A stretch of 64,000 bases of DNA. Origin: Chrysomallon squamiferum (Eukaryota; Animalia; Mollusca). Every line of letters begins with the position of its first letter. Position 1 is the stretch's first letter. Location: positions 13,330,001 to 13,394,000 of the forward strand of contig CM022669.1 of NCBI GenBank assembly GCA_012295275.1, in the 5' to 3' direction. Below are positions 60,411 through 64,000 of this stretch, piece after piece. The position numbers and the translations under genes were made by a program. The notes beneath the pieces were generated by a model, which was given only the letters and a program-made list of their open reading frames with translations, made no database searches and had not been told where the DNA came from.

Positions 60411-62435
60411 AAATGAGCGTATATCCAGTCTAACGTTTTTGTTTTACTGTTATTATTCCCATGTTCTTTAGATTTTAGGTTTTTATTGTTTCAGTTCAGT
60501 ATTGTCAAGCATATTTGAAATTATTACTGGAAATTGCGGTTTTTAAATATTAGTTTTGTTATTTTATTAATATATGAAAAAATTAAAGACATGAAAAATG
60601 TACAGAAAATAAATACGCTCATAATATATTCATTTAAAGAGTCAGTACTAAGTAGGTAAGTAACTAACTAATTAATTACATAAATAAATATTCTTTTTTA
60701 TTCTTCATTCATCAGAAACAATGTTTTATTCAATTTCGTTAAATAAAACAAACAAAAGTATATATATATAATTTAAATTTCTTTACCAAGAATTTAAAAA
60801 TATTTTCAGATTTCAAAAAAGAAAAAAAAAAAAGAAAGAAAGAAAGAAAAAAGAGTCTAGACAAAACAGAATGCCTGTTAATCAAACTTGAACACATTCA
60901 ATGAAATAAAGTCAATAGAATTTACAATCAAATGGCCTTTTTTTTTTCTTAAGCTGCTTTATCCGCATTTCGTTAAAAAGTGCGGATTAAATCTCTTATT
61001 CGGTTTCGGTAGTTTTACGTTTTTTCCATCGCGATACGTCAGACTTTTGGCATTACAGAAAATAGATCCGTTTTGTAACTGCATCAAGTAAAGAACATGC
61101 AAATTGTCACATATTATCTGATTCATTTGCAGTGTAAAAAAAAAAATTCCAGTTTACTATGAAAGGCTTTCATTGGTGGGATATAAAACAAATTCAATGT
61201 GTTTTCGGTTGGTTATTCTTCATCTTTTTAGCAGCTGGCGTCTTAGGCAAAAGAAGTTTCTTTTTTTATTTAACCAGTCTGTGATCTTTTCTGCTGTTCA
61301 TCCGGTAACGGGGTCGAAATAGGAAATATTTCTGTGTTTCATAATACGTAAAACTGCATGCGAGAACATGACTTTGAGATAAACATGTCGCCTGCATGCG
61401 TGGTTAAGTGGAGTAAAAATAATATTAACAAAGGCAAATAAATGCTAATCTTCGTCGCTTTGTTATTTTCGTTTAACTCGCTAATGTGGTCTTTCACTTC
61501 AAGGCCAACTGCACGACTTCTTTGTCCAGCCCTAAGATATTTGTCGATCGTTGAAACAAACTTGCTCTTTGTAATAATTACGTGTTTGTGCAGTTAATCG
61601 TGAACTAATTTAAATAAAGATAGAAAACACACGGAGAGACAGACAAACACATACATGTACACAGAGGAGAGAGAGAGAGAGAGACAGAGAGACAGACAGA
61701 GACACAGAGAGAGACAGAGAGAGAGAGAGACAGAGAGAGAGACAGAGAGTCAGAGAGAGAGAGAGTTCTCACTGAAGTATTCATCTACATATATACTCGC
61801 ATTCCTATATACGTGTCTGTTACTCTCCTTCATGTGCACATTTCACAAACCTGATATACAACAGCAACAAAATAAAAACAAACAAACAAACAAACATAAA
61901 TAAAACAAATAATGAAAGAAAAAAAGAAAAGAAAAAAAAAAATAACAGAAAAGAAAGAAAAATAACTATCATCATCTTCAGATTCGTTTTTTTCTCTTTT
62001 TTTTCCTTCAAATAATGACTGACTACAAATTCTTACTCTGTCTCTAATGAGTAAAACTGATCTATCTCTTTATATAGACGAGGAAAAAAAAAAGAAAGAA
62101 AAAAGGCCAAGTTGTCTGTGTAAACTGGTTATCGAAACTGCTCACTTAATTTGAACCCAGTTTTTTTTTCTTTAATTAAAATGCGCTCTTCTAGACGACT
62201 AACTGATACCAGAGATAAAAAAATAGTAAATTACAGGAACAGCGACTGTGAATAGTAGTAATATCCTGTAGAGTAAATTAACCTCGGAATGATGATTTGT
62301 ATTTAGCGGGAGCGATGGAAATAGAAAGATGTACGATGTGACAATTATCATAACGGAAGACCTCCCATCCCCGACAGCATCCGCTGCTGGGTGGAAACAC
62401 GAGAGAGCGTTTAGACATTAACACTTTTTTATTTT

Positions 62436-63022
<587 letters not shown>

Positions 63023-63263
63023 TGTATGAAGTATATGTATATATTTAATAGTTAACGAAAAAACATCAGTACGATTTCACCGTAAAGTTCACATGCCGAT
63101 ATTATTACGAAAATTATTACGAAAATTGCTTAAACAGCTCTGTCATTAGACTGATAAAAATAGTTAAACCGAATGTTAAAAAATATCTGTCTCGGGCAAA
63201 CAGTATAGATTTTCGATGACAGAAAATGCAGTAAAATAAATTAATCAATAGATGGGTAAAAAC

Positions 63264-63296
<33 letters not shown>

Positions 63297-63819
63297 GTAA
63301 GAACAATCCAATTTATGAAACTGTAATTCTATATAAAACTAAGATCAATTATCATTTAACGCATATTACGTACTATTACCGAATCTACATTTCTATTGAC
63401 TTAAGGACTTCTGGCAAGTTGTTTATTTATGCACAACCTGCTATTTCTCATTCATGAACGAATCCCGTGTGTTCCAAACACTATCTGATAAATATTTATT
63501 GCACGGTCCAGTAGGAAGATAACCAACAAAAATAAAGTTCATGAGCATTCAAAAAAATAACTGTCTGTTCTGCTCAGTAATTCTCAAAATGGCCAGAGTG
63601 AGGTATCGCATGCAGACAACAATTTGTACCGAGCGTAAGACACACACACACACTGTCAAACTGAACGCGAATACACTGATTACTAACTGGTATTACGCAT
63701 CATTTGACCGGTTCTCTGTCATTCTCCGATCTGACGCAAGTGGTGGTCCTTGGTATTAGATCTAAAAACGGCAACAGGTTCTTTTTCTCGCAGGGGTTCT
63801 CACGTCACTGGAGGAAAAA

Positions 63820-63850
<31 letters not shown>

Positions 63851-64000
63851 AAAAATCACCAGATCAACGACATCCGCAACGTGACAAATCGTCTTGAATC
63901 ATCGGATTTTGTTTAAGCTTGTTTGACGCAGTTCCGTTAAATTGGTGCTTTACTTAAGACAGCATTTCAAGTGCATAATGCGTTTGTGAATAGTTTTCGT

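Overview
AT-rich, intron-containing animal genomic DNA; a lophotrochozoan, probably a mollusc, is inferred from gene content and repeat style. The left ~18 kb holds a compact, CpG-poor housekeeping cluster: TIMM44 (+, 14 exons visible, 5' end outside the window), a C9orf85-like Cys-rich gene (-) and the depalmitoylase ABHD17 (+). The right ~41 kb is CpG-richer and dense in microsatellites. It carries a secreted three-vWA-domain matrilin/collagen-VI-like gene (+), a class A GPCR (-) with a single coding exon, several minisatellites, a hAT-type MITE, LINE relics and a set of inverted repeats. The main finding is that ABHD17 ends in UGA-CUAG, the best-known leaky stop context. It is followed by a 61-codon, coding-like, acidic in-frame extension, which makes it a strong candidate for programmed stop-codon readthrough. 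All calls come from reading the sequence by eye; no database searches were run.
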